A stretch of DNA of 64,000 nucleotides from an uncultured Bdellovibrionales bacterium (GTDB taxonomy: Bacteria > Patescibacteriota > Minisyncoccia > Moranbacterales > DUUL01): positions 532 to 64,531 of the forward strand of contig CAYFUG010000004.1 of assembly GCA_964346295.1 (NCBI GenBank), given 5' to 3'. The notes beneath the pieces are model-generated. The model worked only from the letters and a program-made list of their open reading frames with translations, had not been told where the DNA came from and did not search any database. This document shows positions 9,959 to 18,654 of this stretch, piece by piece; position 1 is the first letter of the stretch; each line of letters starts with the position of its first letter. A program made the position numbers and the translations under genes.

Positions 9959-9977
9959 TGTTCTTTGAAAATCTTAG
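9959..9977 (+). promoter_or_regulatory. boxA-like antitermination motif (module 1)
   Basis: TGTTCTTTGAAAATCTTAG. The core TGTTCTTTGAAAA matches the Gram-positive rrn boxA consensus and the copies at 29130, 32104 and 59261. Confidence 0.55.
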
Positions 9978-10017
9978 TTACTGTTTAGTCTATTTTCTCC
10001 TTATTTTTAAGGTGAAA

Positions 10018-10110
10018 GGTGATTAGCTTCTTTAGGGTGGTTTGCCATTTGGTCATTGCAATTTGCAATTAGCAATTAGAAGGCAAGCCGCTGGAAAGGA
10101 GTTAATCACC
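10018..10110 (+). promoter_or_regulatory. Long imperfect hairpin following boxA (RNase III-like substrate)
   Basis: GGTGATTAGCTTCTTTAGGGTGGTTTGCC pairs with GGCAAGCCGCTGGAAAGGAGTTAATCACC. Pairs include G-U pairs. Confidence 0.55.
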
Positions 10111-10228
10111 AACAACCTTATTTCTAAATCCCGAAAAGGAAGGCAAAAGTAAAGGCCCGGTCCGCTTTGGGCGGATGGTCGGGAGCTACACTGACTTTTG
10201 CTGGAATTGGAGGGAGAAGGAGAGGATC

Positions 10229-11209
10229 ATGACCAATTTCGCGAGCAAATTTGACGGCAAGGGGATCCATGTAATCGCAACCGGTTCGGTGGACGGGGTT
10301 TTGACCACCGCGGCATTTTTGCGGGTGATCGGACTCCATGAGGAGAAGGCAGGGGTGGAGTTTACCCAGGCCTTCACGGTTGACAAGCTGAATCCGGCCC
10401 AGTGGCCGGAGGGGCGGCAGGTCGTTTTCGTGGACCTGGCGGTCAACAATCAGAACCCGGAGATGACGGCGGATTTCGTCCGGCGCATTCGGGAAGCGGG
10501 ACATGAGATCGTTGCCGTATGCGACGAGCACGACGCCGACGCCTGGAAGCGGGTGTTGGGGCAGGAGCCCTTTGAGGCCCTGATCGTAAAGCCCCAAAGT
10601 CAGAAAAAGGGCGAGGCCCAGTCCAGCGGCGCCATTTTATTGGAGGCGCTGGGGGACGAGGCCGATGACCACACTCGCGAGCTGTGCGAAGCCGCGAATG
10701 CCGCCGACCAAATGGATTTTTCCACCCATTTTGGCAGTTACGCCAATCGGGCGGTTAAGTCCGCCATGGGAGACAACTCCCGGCGGGTGCATTTGGCTGG
10801 GCACTTTGCTGCCAACCGGGAGCCGGACGAAGTTATCAGCAGCTGGTGCGCCGAGTACGAGGCGATTATCGCCACCCACGAGGAAGTCCTGGGAAACCGG
10901 GAAGACCTGGGAAGCGGGATCGTCCGGATCGACTGCACTGGCAAGAAGGTGGACATGACCACCTTGATGGGCCAGGTCTACGATCTGCCTGAAACGAAGG
11001 CCTGCCTGGTGATCGGGCCGGTGTATAACAAGGCCAAGGGCGGAATCGAGGTTATGGCCTCCTTCGGAACACGGATTGAAGGCTTCGACATTCAGGCCGC
11101 GATTCAGTCCGAAGGTGTTTCGGCCGGCGGCTTTGCCTCCAAGGCGAATGTCGATCTGGAAAACGAAAAGGCGGCCATTGAGGCCGTCAGAAAAGCGCTT
11201 AACGGCTAG
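10229..11209 (+). CDS. GC-rich cargo protein 1a (326 aa), weak DHH-phosphoesterase-like motifs; function unknown
   Basis: Start chosen at the ATG after GGAGGGAGAAGGAGAGG (the track ORF starts upstream at 10175). GC3-rich codons. Motifs HVIATGSVDG, VVFVDLAV and VAVCDEHDAD. Confidence 0.8.
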   Translation: MTNFASKFDGKGIHVIATGSVDGVLTTAAFLRVIGLHEEKAGVEFTQAFTVDKLNPAQWPEGRQVVFVDLAVNNQNPEMTADFVRRIREAGHEIVAVCDEHDADAWKRVLGQEPFEALIVKPQSQKKGEAQSSGAILLEALGDEADDHTRELCEAANAADQMDFSTHFGSYANRAVKSAMGDNSRRVHLAGHFAANREPDEVISSWCAEYEAIIATHEEVLGNREDLGSGIVRIDCTGKKVDMTTLMGQVYDLPETKACLVIGPVYNKAKGGIEVMASFGTRIEGFDIQAAIQSEGVSAGGFASKANVDLENEKAAIEAVRKALNG

Positions 11210-11685
11210 ACAGTAGCCCCGTTCGTAACTCTCCTCTCTGCTATTTTTATAGTAGAGCAGCGACGAGTGCGTTCGGGGCCTAGCCAAAGATTTTCGTGTG
11301 GTTCAGGGAAAGGAGTTTGTCGGCAACATTCGACAGCTCCTTCCTTCTAAGCTCGGCAACTGAAAGTTTTCAGCTGGTGGTTTTAGAAGGGAATAATGTT
11401 TCCCTAGAGAGTGTATCTCTAAGATATGCTCTAGTTCTTTGACAAGTCCTATTTATACTAGACTCTAAGCTCTGGAGGTTTGATTCTCAAGCTTTTCCCA
11501 TTCCTTAATTTCCTTAAATTCCTAGCTTTACCATCACTGCCTGAGAGCGCAAATACGAATATCCGTTGAAGTAGCGGAAAGTTGTCTAAAATTTGTGCTT
11601 GCAAGTGGTGATGGTAAAAACCCTGGCCGGAATGTTTCCGGTGGGGGTTGGAAGTAATTTTTGAAAAAAGGAAAAAGGAGAAGTC

Positions 11686-12459
11686 ATGGAAAACAATTCC
11701 AAAGAGATGGCGAAGGTTGTGGCTGAGGGATTAGTCGGATTTTTGTCTGGCACTCTTATACTGTTTATTATGGCAAGGATTGCTAGTCCAGGGCCTTCAG
11801 TGTTCCTTGGAATAGCTACAAACCTCCTGTTCTTCATGGGCAGGATTAACTGGATTGGGGGGTGGGAGAAAAAAATACTTTTCATTTTCACTCCAATTAT
11901 CCTCTGGATGGCTCTTATAGGAGCCTGGGGGTTGGGATTATTTCAAATGCCCGACCCAATCAGGCCACCCGTAATCGAAGAGGGGCCGGAGGTGGAGGCC
12001 GTTGAGCTTGATGCGGAAACTTTTATTCCCCGAGTTGAGCGAGAAGAGGGGAAGTTAAGAGTTTCCCTGCATCGACTTAGGCCGTCTACAGAGAAACTCT
12101 TTTTTGCCGTTCAAGAGAACGGCTATTTCTTTCTCGAGTTTAATTTTGGGGGAGGCCGTCTTGCTAAAATAGAGCGCAGAGCCTTCGCCTCCAGCGAAAA
12201 CCCCAGGGAAAGATGGGATTACAGGCTGGAGGGAGGGGCAAGCTCTTTGCTCGAATGGCTTCAGGAAGAGAGAGTTGCTCTTGGAGACCGCGACATGGAA
12301 GATTTCGAAAAATTCATGGAGTGCTTCGGTTTCCAGGGCGAAATCGCCAGGGCGTTTTTCTTGGCCTGCCAGTTTGGAATGGACTGGCCGGAAAAATATT
12401 CACTCGAGACCCAGTTGGCTCGAGAGCTTTTCCGGGAATTAATTTCCGGGGAGCTGTAA
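11686..12459 (+). CDS. Cargo protein 1b: N-terminal membrane segments plus soluble domain, unknown function
   Basis: AAGGAG lies 6 nt upstream of the ATG. Two or three hydrophobic helices at the N-terminus. Intermediate GC. Confidence 0.75.
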   Translation: MENNSKEMAKVVAEGLVGFLSGTLILFIMARIASPGPSVFLGIATNLLFFMGRINWIGGWEKKILFIFTPIILWMALIGAWGLGLFQMPDPIRPPVIEEGPEVEAVELDAETFIPRVEREEGKLRVSLHRLRPSTEKLFFAVQENGYFFLEFNFGGGRLAKIERRAFASSENPRERWDYRLEGGASSLLEWLQEERVALGDRDMEDFEKFMECFGFQGEIARAFFLACQFGMDWPEKYSLETQLARELFRELISGEL

Positions 12460-12758
12460 AAATAGGACTACTAAAGAATAGGATGGGGCGCGCGTTGGAT
12501 CGTCAACCGCGCCTCCCCTATCATCCGGTGAGACCGGATCTGATGAGGTTTTCTGAATAACATTTCAGAGTCAAAGCCGAAATAGGGATTGTTTCTTTGT
12601 AATGTTTTTAGTGGTAAAAGTTAGCCTTTTGTGGGCTGTAGTGTCAAATTCAAAAACCTCTCTCCTCCTCTATTGGTTATAAATACTAGCTATTTAGTCA
12701 CTAGAGTTGAATTTGATGCTCAGCCCAAAGGAGGCTAAGTAAATAAAAAGTAAAAACA

Positions 12759-12785
12759 TCTCTTATCCAGGGGGTGTTTTTTGAT
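12759..12785 (+). terminator. Terminator-like hairpin, likely 3' end of module 1
   Basis: ACATCTC-loop-GGGGGTGT stem with G-U pairs, followed by TTTTTT. Confidence 0.45.
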
Positions 12786-12858
12786 GGAAATTTTGATTAA
12801 TTGGAGTTTTTTGCTAAAATTCAAAAAAGATCTGAGAAATAAAAGGATAAAAAAAATT

Positions 12859-15192
12859 ATGGAAAAGGAAAATCAACAACCATTAGAAAAGGGTAAGCCT
12901 GAAGAAGTTAGGAGGAGCCCCGAAAGTCAAGCAGGGAATTTCTGGAAATGGGAAGATTTAGAATTAGGTGAATTAACCCTAAGAAGAGTAGCGGAATTGA
13001 AAGCACAGATTGAAGCAGAAGGGCGAAGAGAACAAGAAGGCCTGAATAAAGAGCAAAAAGAATACAACAGTCATCGATTAGTAGTTTTTGAGCCAGGAAG
13101 AAGCTCTGGAGAGTTAGTTACTAGAACTTTAGGGAAAGTTGGCCTTGTAAAAGAAAACCCTCAGGAGCTGAAGGTGGAGCCAGGGAAAGTTTACGATGTG
13201 ACAATTGTAGAAGAGGTTTCTGGGAAGGGAAAGGGAGGATTTTTTCAATTAAGAGTAGAAGAGGAAATTGATCCGGATCAAATCGATGACCGGACTTTGT
13301 TTCGCTATAATAACTTGGAAGTAAAAGAGGCGGCTGAAAATCCAAAAGGAACTAATTTGCGACAGCTGTCTTTTGAGCAGAGAAAGGGAAGATGGGGCGC
13401 AGTTTATCGAGATTACAAAGGATCTGATTTGGATGGGGTGGAGCGTACTGGGCCTCGCTTAGTTACTCTCAATGAAGAGAATTTTTCGGTTGGAGAGGTC
13501 AAAGAAGGAGAGGAGTATCTGGTAGTACTTGGAGAAACTGGCAGAGAAATACCCACTAGAAGAGGTGGAAAAATGGTTTTGCAAAAAGGAATGGTTCTGA
13601 AGCCGGCTCGAGAATGGCTAATGCAGCCTCGCTTTAATCGCTTGGGTGGAATCGAGTTGTATTTGCTGCGGGGAGTCAAAAAGGAGAGTCTTGTTCAGGT
13701 TGGCTCTCGGGAAGATATTGAAAAAAAGCTTCCAGTTGAGATCCCTTCTGAATACCGGGCCAAGTTAGAAGCAATGTTGAAAATAAAAGAGTGGGAAAAA
13801 GGGCAGAATCAAGAACGAGATAAAATAGCAGTGGAATTTATCAGAGGATTTCAAGAGGCTTGGGAGCAGGCGGAGGCGAGGTATTGTGAAGAAGAGGTGG
13901 AGCTAAAGGAAGTCAGTGAGGATTTTTGCCGGTTTGAGTGGGATAATCAGGATTATACTTTTGAGCCTTATCTTCCACCTTCGGAATTAGGAAGAGCGCC
14001 CGGCTTTTTTGTGAAAAAGGGTGATAAACCAGGAATTAAAAGCAGTGAAGATCCGGTGAGTGAGCATCCTTATTTTAAGGCTTGGGAGGAGCAGAGAGGG
14101 CAAGACCCGGATTATCTTTTAAAGACAGAAATTGTGCGGGCTTTAATGAAGTATTCTCAGGAAGATCCCTTAGAGATTGATTGGGGGGATAGCGGCATTT
14201 TCGATAGTTCTGCAATGCGAAATTTAGTAGGGGATATTAGATCTCAGGGGGCAGAGATGGATTTAGACTTGGATAACCAAGGGGCAGCAGTGGCTAGGGT
14301 TAGTAATGAGGAGGCTAAAGAGGTTTACTTAGGAAGCTCGGGATTAGGCCAAGGAAGATTGAAAGGCAGTTTGGTTTTTCGGTCAGCCTTAGTGGAACAA
14401 GGAGGGCGGTATTTTATTCGGTATGTGGTGGACCCGGAGAAGACTGAGTTAAAAGTAAATTCAAAGACACTTCACCTTAAATTGAAGGCAAGAATCAAAA
14501 CGGAAATTCTGGATCCGTTGATAGAAGAATTGTCTCAAGCAACCAAAGAGGGAGAGCAGTTGATCAAAATGGGCGGTCAAGAAGAAGAGGGGGAAGTAGC
14601 CAGAGGGGGTTCTGGGGAAACATTGGAGACCGATCAAGGAACCCCGGGAGCTTTTGATCCAGGTGAAATGGAAGGAGGAGGAGATCAAGAAAGCTTCTCA
14701 AAAGGATCCGCACCAAACAGTTATCGGGAGCTTAATCTAGGGGAATTATCAGATGATGAATATGGACGGGCAGGAGCCTGTGCAAATGAAGTATTGAATT
14801 ATGCTAAGTATGATCGGAACCTTTCTTTTAGTGTCGGGGAGGCAAATAGTACTAGAGATGAATTGACTCAACTGGTTGCTTTTGAGAGGCGATACAATCC
14901 GGAGGGCCCTATCGCTGAGGCTATTCAAGGGACTGAGCGCTTAACTGGTCAGGACTGTGCTGTTGTTTGGAGGATTTACAAAAGGGAAGAGATTAGCGCA
15001 ACTTCTGAAAATTCGGAGAGCGCCCAGGGGAGTCCAGAAGTAGCAGAGGAAGTCTTAGGGGAGCCTGTTCCCGCTCAAGGAGATACTCAACAAGCATCTC
15101 CTACGGCAGGCTCGTTGGCTGATTTAAAAGCGATGTTTGGAGGAGAGGGGTCCAAAAAGAAGAATAAAAAATCTTCCAAAAAGAAAAAATAA
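12859..15192 (+). CDS. Large acidic/Lys-tailed hypothetical protein
   Basis: Long ORF (track start 12781; alternative ATG at 12784). I favour ATG 12859 (MEKENQQ...). No SD and host-like composition. C-terminus is KKKNKKSSKKKK. Confidence 0.7.
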   Translation: MEKENQQPLEKGKPEEVRRSPESQAGNFWKWEDLELGELTLRRVAELKAQIEAEGRREQEGLNKEQKEYNSHRLVVFEPGRSSGELVTRTLGKVGLVKENPQELKVEPGKVYDVTIVEEVSGKGKGGFFQLRVEEEIDPDQIDDRTLFRYNNLEVKEAAENPKGTNLRQLSFEQRKGRWGAVYRDYKGSDLDGVERTGPRLVTLNEENFSVGEVKEGEEYLVVLGETGREIPTRRGGKMVLQKGMVLKPAREWLMQPRFNRLGGIELYLLRGVKKESLVQVGSREDIEKKLPVEIPSEYRAKLEAMLKIKEWEKGQNQERDKIAVEFIRGFQEAWEQAEARYCEEEVELKEVSEDFCRFEWDNQDYTFEPYLPPSELGRAPGFFVKKGDKPGIKSSEDPVSEHPYFKAWEEQRGQDPDYLLKTEIVRALMKYSQEDPLEIDWGDSGIFDSSAMRNLVGDIRSQGAEMDLDLDNQGAAVARVSNEEAKEVYLGSSGLGQGRLKGSLVFRSALVEQGGRYFIRYVVDPEKTELKVNSKTLHLKLKARIKTEILDPLIEELSQATKEGEQLIKMGGQEEEGEVARGGSGETLETDQGTPGAFDPGEMEGGGDQESFSKGSAPNSYRELNLGELSDDEYGRAGACANEVLNYAKYDRNLSFSVGEANSTRDELTQLVAFERRYNPEGPIAEAIQGTERLTGQDCAVVWRIYKREEISATSENSESAQGSPEVAEEVLGEPVPAQGDTQQASPTAGSLADLKAMFGGEGSKKKNKKSSKKKK

Positions 15193-15245
15193 AAATCCAA
15201 GAGGTAGATATATTAAAGAGAGATAAAAAGTGACTTTCAGAGTAG

Positions 15246-15279
15246 AAAAAACCACTTGCCAGTAGGCAGGTGGTTTTTT
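15246..15279. terminator. Bidirectional intrinsic terminator
   Basis: AAAAAACCACTTGCC-AGTA-GGCAGGTGGTTTTTT between convergent genes. Confidence 0.75.
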
Positions 15280-15292
15280 AGTTAGAGAAGAG

Positions 15293-18200
15293 CTATAAAT
15301 TTGTCAAGATTGGCATATCAACAAAAGTATTAGAAGATCCAGAGTGGGTGATCTTATAATGAGTAAGAAAAATCCGATCTGTTTTGTCTGCTAAATTTTC
15401 CTGAGTTAGCTTTATTCCCAGGTTGATACCAATTTGAACAGCCAAGGCGGCTGACCAGCGTCCTGCTAGTATCCTAATTTTACTTTTTTCGGGAGAATTT
15501 TTAAGTACCAAGATTACTTGAGAGGAGATGTTTCTGACTAGCTCGCTAATAATTTCTGGTTTATCTAAATCCAGAAAGCCCTTAACGCCAATTTCACAAT
15601 CGAATTTCTCTATTGGAAAAACTTCCCCTGCTAAATTTGTCACTCCTTTTGACTTGATCTCCTCTTGATTTTCCAGGGGGTTATTTTGCCCGATGTGAAG
15701 ATTAATATACCCGTTCTTATCTGGAGTTAATTCTCTTTTTTCTGGCAAAGGCCGAAAGAAAGAATTGGGAATGGAAAGCTTTCCTTCGGTTTGGCGCCAC
15801 TCCTCGATTTGTTCTAGAGTAGCCTGAAGATTTTTATTTTCAGGAAAGGCAGTTTGAAGGTCTTCTAGTAGCCGAGGATTAGCGCGGGTGGTTTCCTTCC
15901 AAAATTGAGGAAAATCCCCGTAAGGATATCGGTCAAGAAGTCGCTCTAAGTTTTGAGCAAACTCCGGGTGGATAGCTTCTTTATTCTCCTTAGCCAAGAG
16001 CCCCAGGTAGTTAGCGAGGGTGGTTTCATTGACAACTTGCAAATCTCGCTTTCGATTTTCTTCCTGGAAAGCCTGATATTCACCAGAAAGCACAATTTTT
16101 TCTAGAGCGGGAATTAAATTACTAGGCTCTGGTTGACTATTTTCTAGGGCAGGGCGGGTTAATTTGCCTAAAATCCCGTAAGCTTTGCTGGCGATTTTAG
16201 CTGGTAGATAGGGGAATTGAAAAGCGGCGTAGTGCTCGTTCATGCCAGTGGGAACCAAAAACTTCTTGCGATCCATTTTGGGAGCTAATCGGTAAACACG
16301 ATGAAGGGCGGTGGGATTTTCGCTGATATTTGCCAAGATAGGAAGCAGTTCTTGAGTTGGGTCAAGTGCTTCCATCCAGCTGAGATCTAAATCTTCCAAG
16401 CCGTTGAGAGCATTGTGAATATCTTCTACTTGGTCTAAATAATGCCGCAACATCTTTAAGGCCCGTTGATTTTTAGCCTTGATGATTTGGGGTGGGTCTT
16501 GATAGCCTTCTTGAGTGGCAGCTTGGTTCCAGGCTAGCCGGGAAAGATCATCCATTTCTTCATAAAGTTCGAAATCGCTCTCGTAAATCCGGAAAGATTT
16601 TCCATCGTCAGAGAAGATTAAATCCAGACAACCCTCGGGAGCACGATATTGACCACGGTGCTCTGACGGGTAGTGGGCTTCATAATTTTCAAAGTCTAAT
16701 TTTCCTGCCAGCTGGCTAGCTCTTTGCCGGAAATCCTTTTTGTTGTCCGAGCGTTCAAAGCTCAAGAGATCTTTGAGGACGGTAAGAATTTCTTCTTGAT
16801 TGAGGCTGGTGCCAGCGGGGCCGGTTGCCACAATACCCCGGTGGCCGCCAAACTGACTTTGCTCCACCGAAAAAGTAGGTCGGGAGCCGTGCCAATTCTC
16901 GTACTGATTGAGCCGAGCGATTAATCTCTCCAGGTCGAAGTTTTCTCCGGTGGTATCTCTCAAGGAGGTCAAAACTAACTTAGGAGGTAACTCTTCTTCA
17001 GGCTGGTCGATATCAACCCGGTCCACTTGGAAAAGTAAAAAATCAGGCTCAAAATTATACTGTTGCTTAATTTGATTGGCTAAAAATCCGCTGGCTCCTT
17101 CTAAGTTTTTTAAATCATCTCCCGTAAGGTCTACTGCGGCAAGTTTAATTCCTCGGAAGGTGGTGGCGGTTTCTAGAAATCTTCCCTCTGCGCTGCTGAT
17201 TTTTTCGGTGGCAGTTCTTTTTAATTGGCTTTGAAGTTCTTGGTTTTGGGCTTCAACTTGCCCTCGGTTTTCCCGATAGTCCGAGTCAATTTCTGCAGCA
17301 GCTGCTTGTAGCGTACTTGAATCGCTGGAGTCTTGGCCGCGTTGGAGCATTTGATCCATAATCCGAATCATTTGCTGGATGAATTCCGGGCGATTTTCCT
17401 GGTGCTTAGAGAGATCACTAGAGTGTTGCTGGTCAAAAATTTTCTTTTTGGTGTAAAAAATTTGCTTAAGAGCAGCTAAATCCTTGGCTCGAAGATTTTG
17501 AGGCTGAAAGCGGCCACCATCACGGTTGTCAGCACTGGAAAGCCACTGGCCTAATTCCCAGAGTTGAGCCTGACGAATCAATTTAGGATTTTTCTCTTTT
17601 GTTTCACTTCTCAAGAGTTCTTTTAAAGCTTCCGGATTAGAGAAATTTTTACTATTGGCTCGTAAAATAGCTTCGGTGGTGGAATGGCCTCGGTCTAGGT
17701 CATCGTTGTAGTTTCCAGAAACTTGAGCATTGATCCCGAATTGCTCTTTTTGATCACGGTTGATGCCTTCCAGGACTAAAGTGCCACTATCTCTCAGGGC
17801 TTCTTCGGTTACTTGAGCGCCGAAGTTTATTTCTAAAGCATTGATATCTCGGCCTTGAAGGGCGACATAAAGGCTAAAAAGTTGGTCTAAGTCGAAATCA
17901 TTCCAGGAATGGCCTAAAAAGACTCGAGAGTGGTCTAGGCCTTCTACTAGTCGTTCAGGAGCCATTTCGGGCGAGGCGGCAATTTCACTTTCAGCAGGAA
18001 GGGTGATTACTTCTAGCATACAGTAAACCCTTCCTTGAGGACTTTTAGTTTTCCGGATCCTCAAGCTTGCACTATCTGGAATAGTGCCAGAGTTATAAAT
18101 GGCATTTCCCACTACTTCTGGGCTAACTTGGATGTCGTTTTCAGGTCCAAGGCCTGACCGGATAAACCCAAATTTACCCTTGCTTTTTCTTTTTTTTTCG

Positions 18201-18340
18201 AATTCAAGGGGCGCAGTATTAACAACTGTGGTTTCACCTCCCACTTCTAAATCAGTCAAAGCTTCTAATCCGTTAGCTGGAAGGGTTGTTTCCGCGTCAG
18301 GCGTTTCTGTGGGCGACTTGGGTTTGGGAGGGGCTTCCAT
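15293..18340 (-). CDS. Very large hypothetical protein (about 1016 aa)
   Basis: Uninterrupted ORF. The probable start is the internal ATG (MEAPPKPK...) rather than the track start at 18412. No motif recognised. Confidence 0.75.
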   Translation of the reverse strand: MEAPPKPKSPTETPDAETTLPANGLEALTDLEVGGETTVVNTAPLEFEKKRKSKGKFGFIRSGLGPENDIQVSPEVVGNAIYNSGTIPDSASLRIRKTKSPQGRVYCMLEVITLPAESEIAASPEMAPERLVEGLDHSRVFLGHSWNDFDLDQLFSLYVALQGRDINALEINFGAQVTEEALRDSGTLVLEGINRDQKEQFGINAQVSGNYNDDLDRGHSTTEAILRANSKNFSNPEALKELLRSETKEKNPKLIRQAQLWELGQWLSSADNRDGGRFQPQNLRAKDLAALKQIFYTKKKIFDQQHSSDLSKHQENRPEFIQQMIRIMDQMLQRGQDSSDSSTLQAAAAEIDSDYRENRGQVEAQNQELQSQLKRTATEKISSAEGRFLETATTFRGIKLAAVDLTGDDLKNLEGASGFLANQIKQQYNFEPDFLLFQVDRVDIDQPEEELPPKLVLTSLRDTTGENFDLERLIARLNQYENWHGSRPTFSVEQSQFGGHRGIVATGPAGTSLNQEEILTVLKDLLSFERSDNKKDFRQRASQLAGKLDFENYEAHYPSEHRGQYRAPEGCLDLIFSDDGKSFRIYESDFELYEEMDDLSRLAWNQAATQEGYQDPPQIIKAKNQRALKMLRHYLDQVEDIHNALNGLEDLDLSWMEALDPTQELLPILANISENPTALHRVYRLAPKMDRKKFLVPTGMNEHYAAFQFPYLPAKIASKAYGILGKLTRPALENSQPEPSNLIPALEKIVLSGEYQAFQEENRKRDLQVVNETTLANYLGLLAKENKEAIHPEFAQNLERLLDRYPYGDFPQFWKETTRANPRLLEDLQTAFPENKNLQATLEQIEEWRQTEGKLSIPNSFFRPLPEKRELTPDKNGYINLHIGQNNPLENQEEIKSKGVTNLAGEVFPIEKFDCEIGVKGFLDLDKPEIISELVRNISSQVILVLKNSPEKSKIRILAGRWSAALAVQIGINLGIKLTQENLADKTDRIFLTHYKITHSGSSNTFVDMPILTNL

Positions 18341-18654
18341 TTTGATGTTGGTTTTGATTTGAGATAATAAAAATCTAAAACTAGAATAGCAGAAAGACAG
18401 GTAAATTTGCAATACTAGACAAATCCGGAGTCAAATTCCGGAATTGTCCGGAGTTGACCTTCGAGCTCGTTTTGGTTAGTTGCCGATTTAGCAAGAAGTG
18501 GTAAAATTATCTGCATTCAAGAGTCAAAAAAATAAATATTTACGTCTTCCTTGATTTTGCTCAATTCCCTTTGCCCCCTTTCTCCCTTTACAAAAGAGGG
18601 GAGTCGAAATAGACCCGTCGGTAAAATTGAGGAAACTCTAATCATTTCAACAAC

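Larger units (their letters stand above)
9157..10228 (+). other. About 1.07 kb AT-rich, hairpin-dense untranslated leader of module 1
   Basis: No credible ORF. Many local stems, e.g. CCCCGCC...GGCGGGG near 9700, GACATCTGCCGGTAAGAA...TTCTTGCTGGTGATGTC at 9895-9945, and TCTCTCAACGGAGAGA. Confidence 0.5.

Noticed and set aside
10124-11287. Multiple long ORFs on the minus strand and in alternative plus frames across the module 1 cargo gene (10124-10597, 10186-10449, 10637-11287, 10665-10958, 10738-10962).
   Set aside because: High-GC sequence is stop-codon-poor in all frames. None has an SD or a sensible start. The plus-strand ORF from 10229 has a strong SD, GC3 bias and a protein-like sequence.
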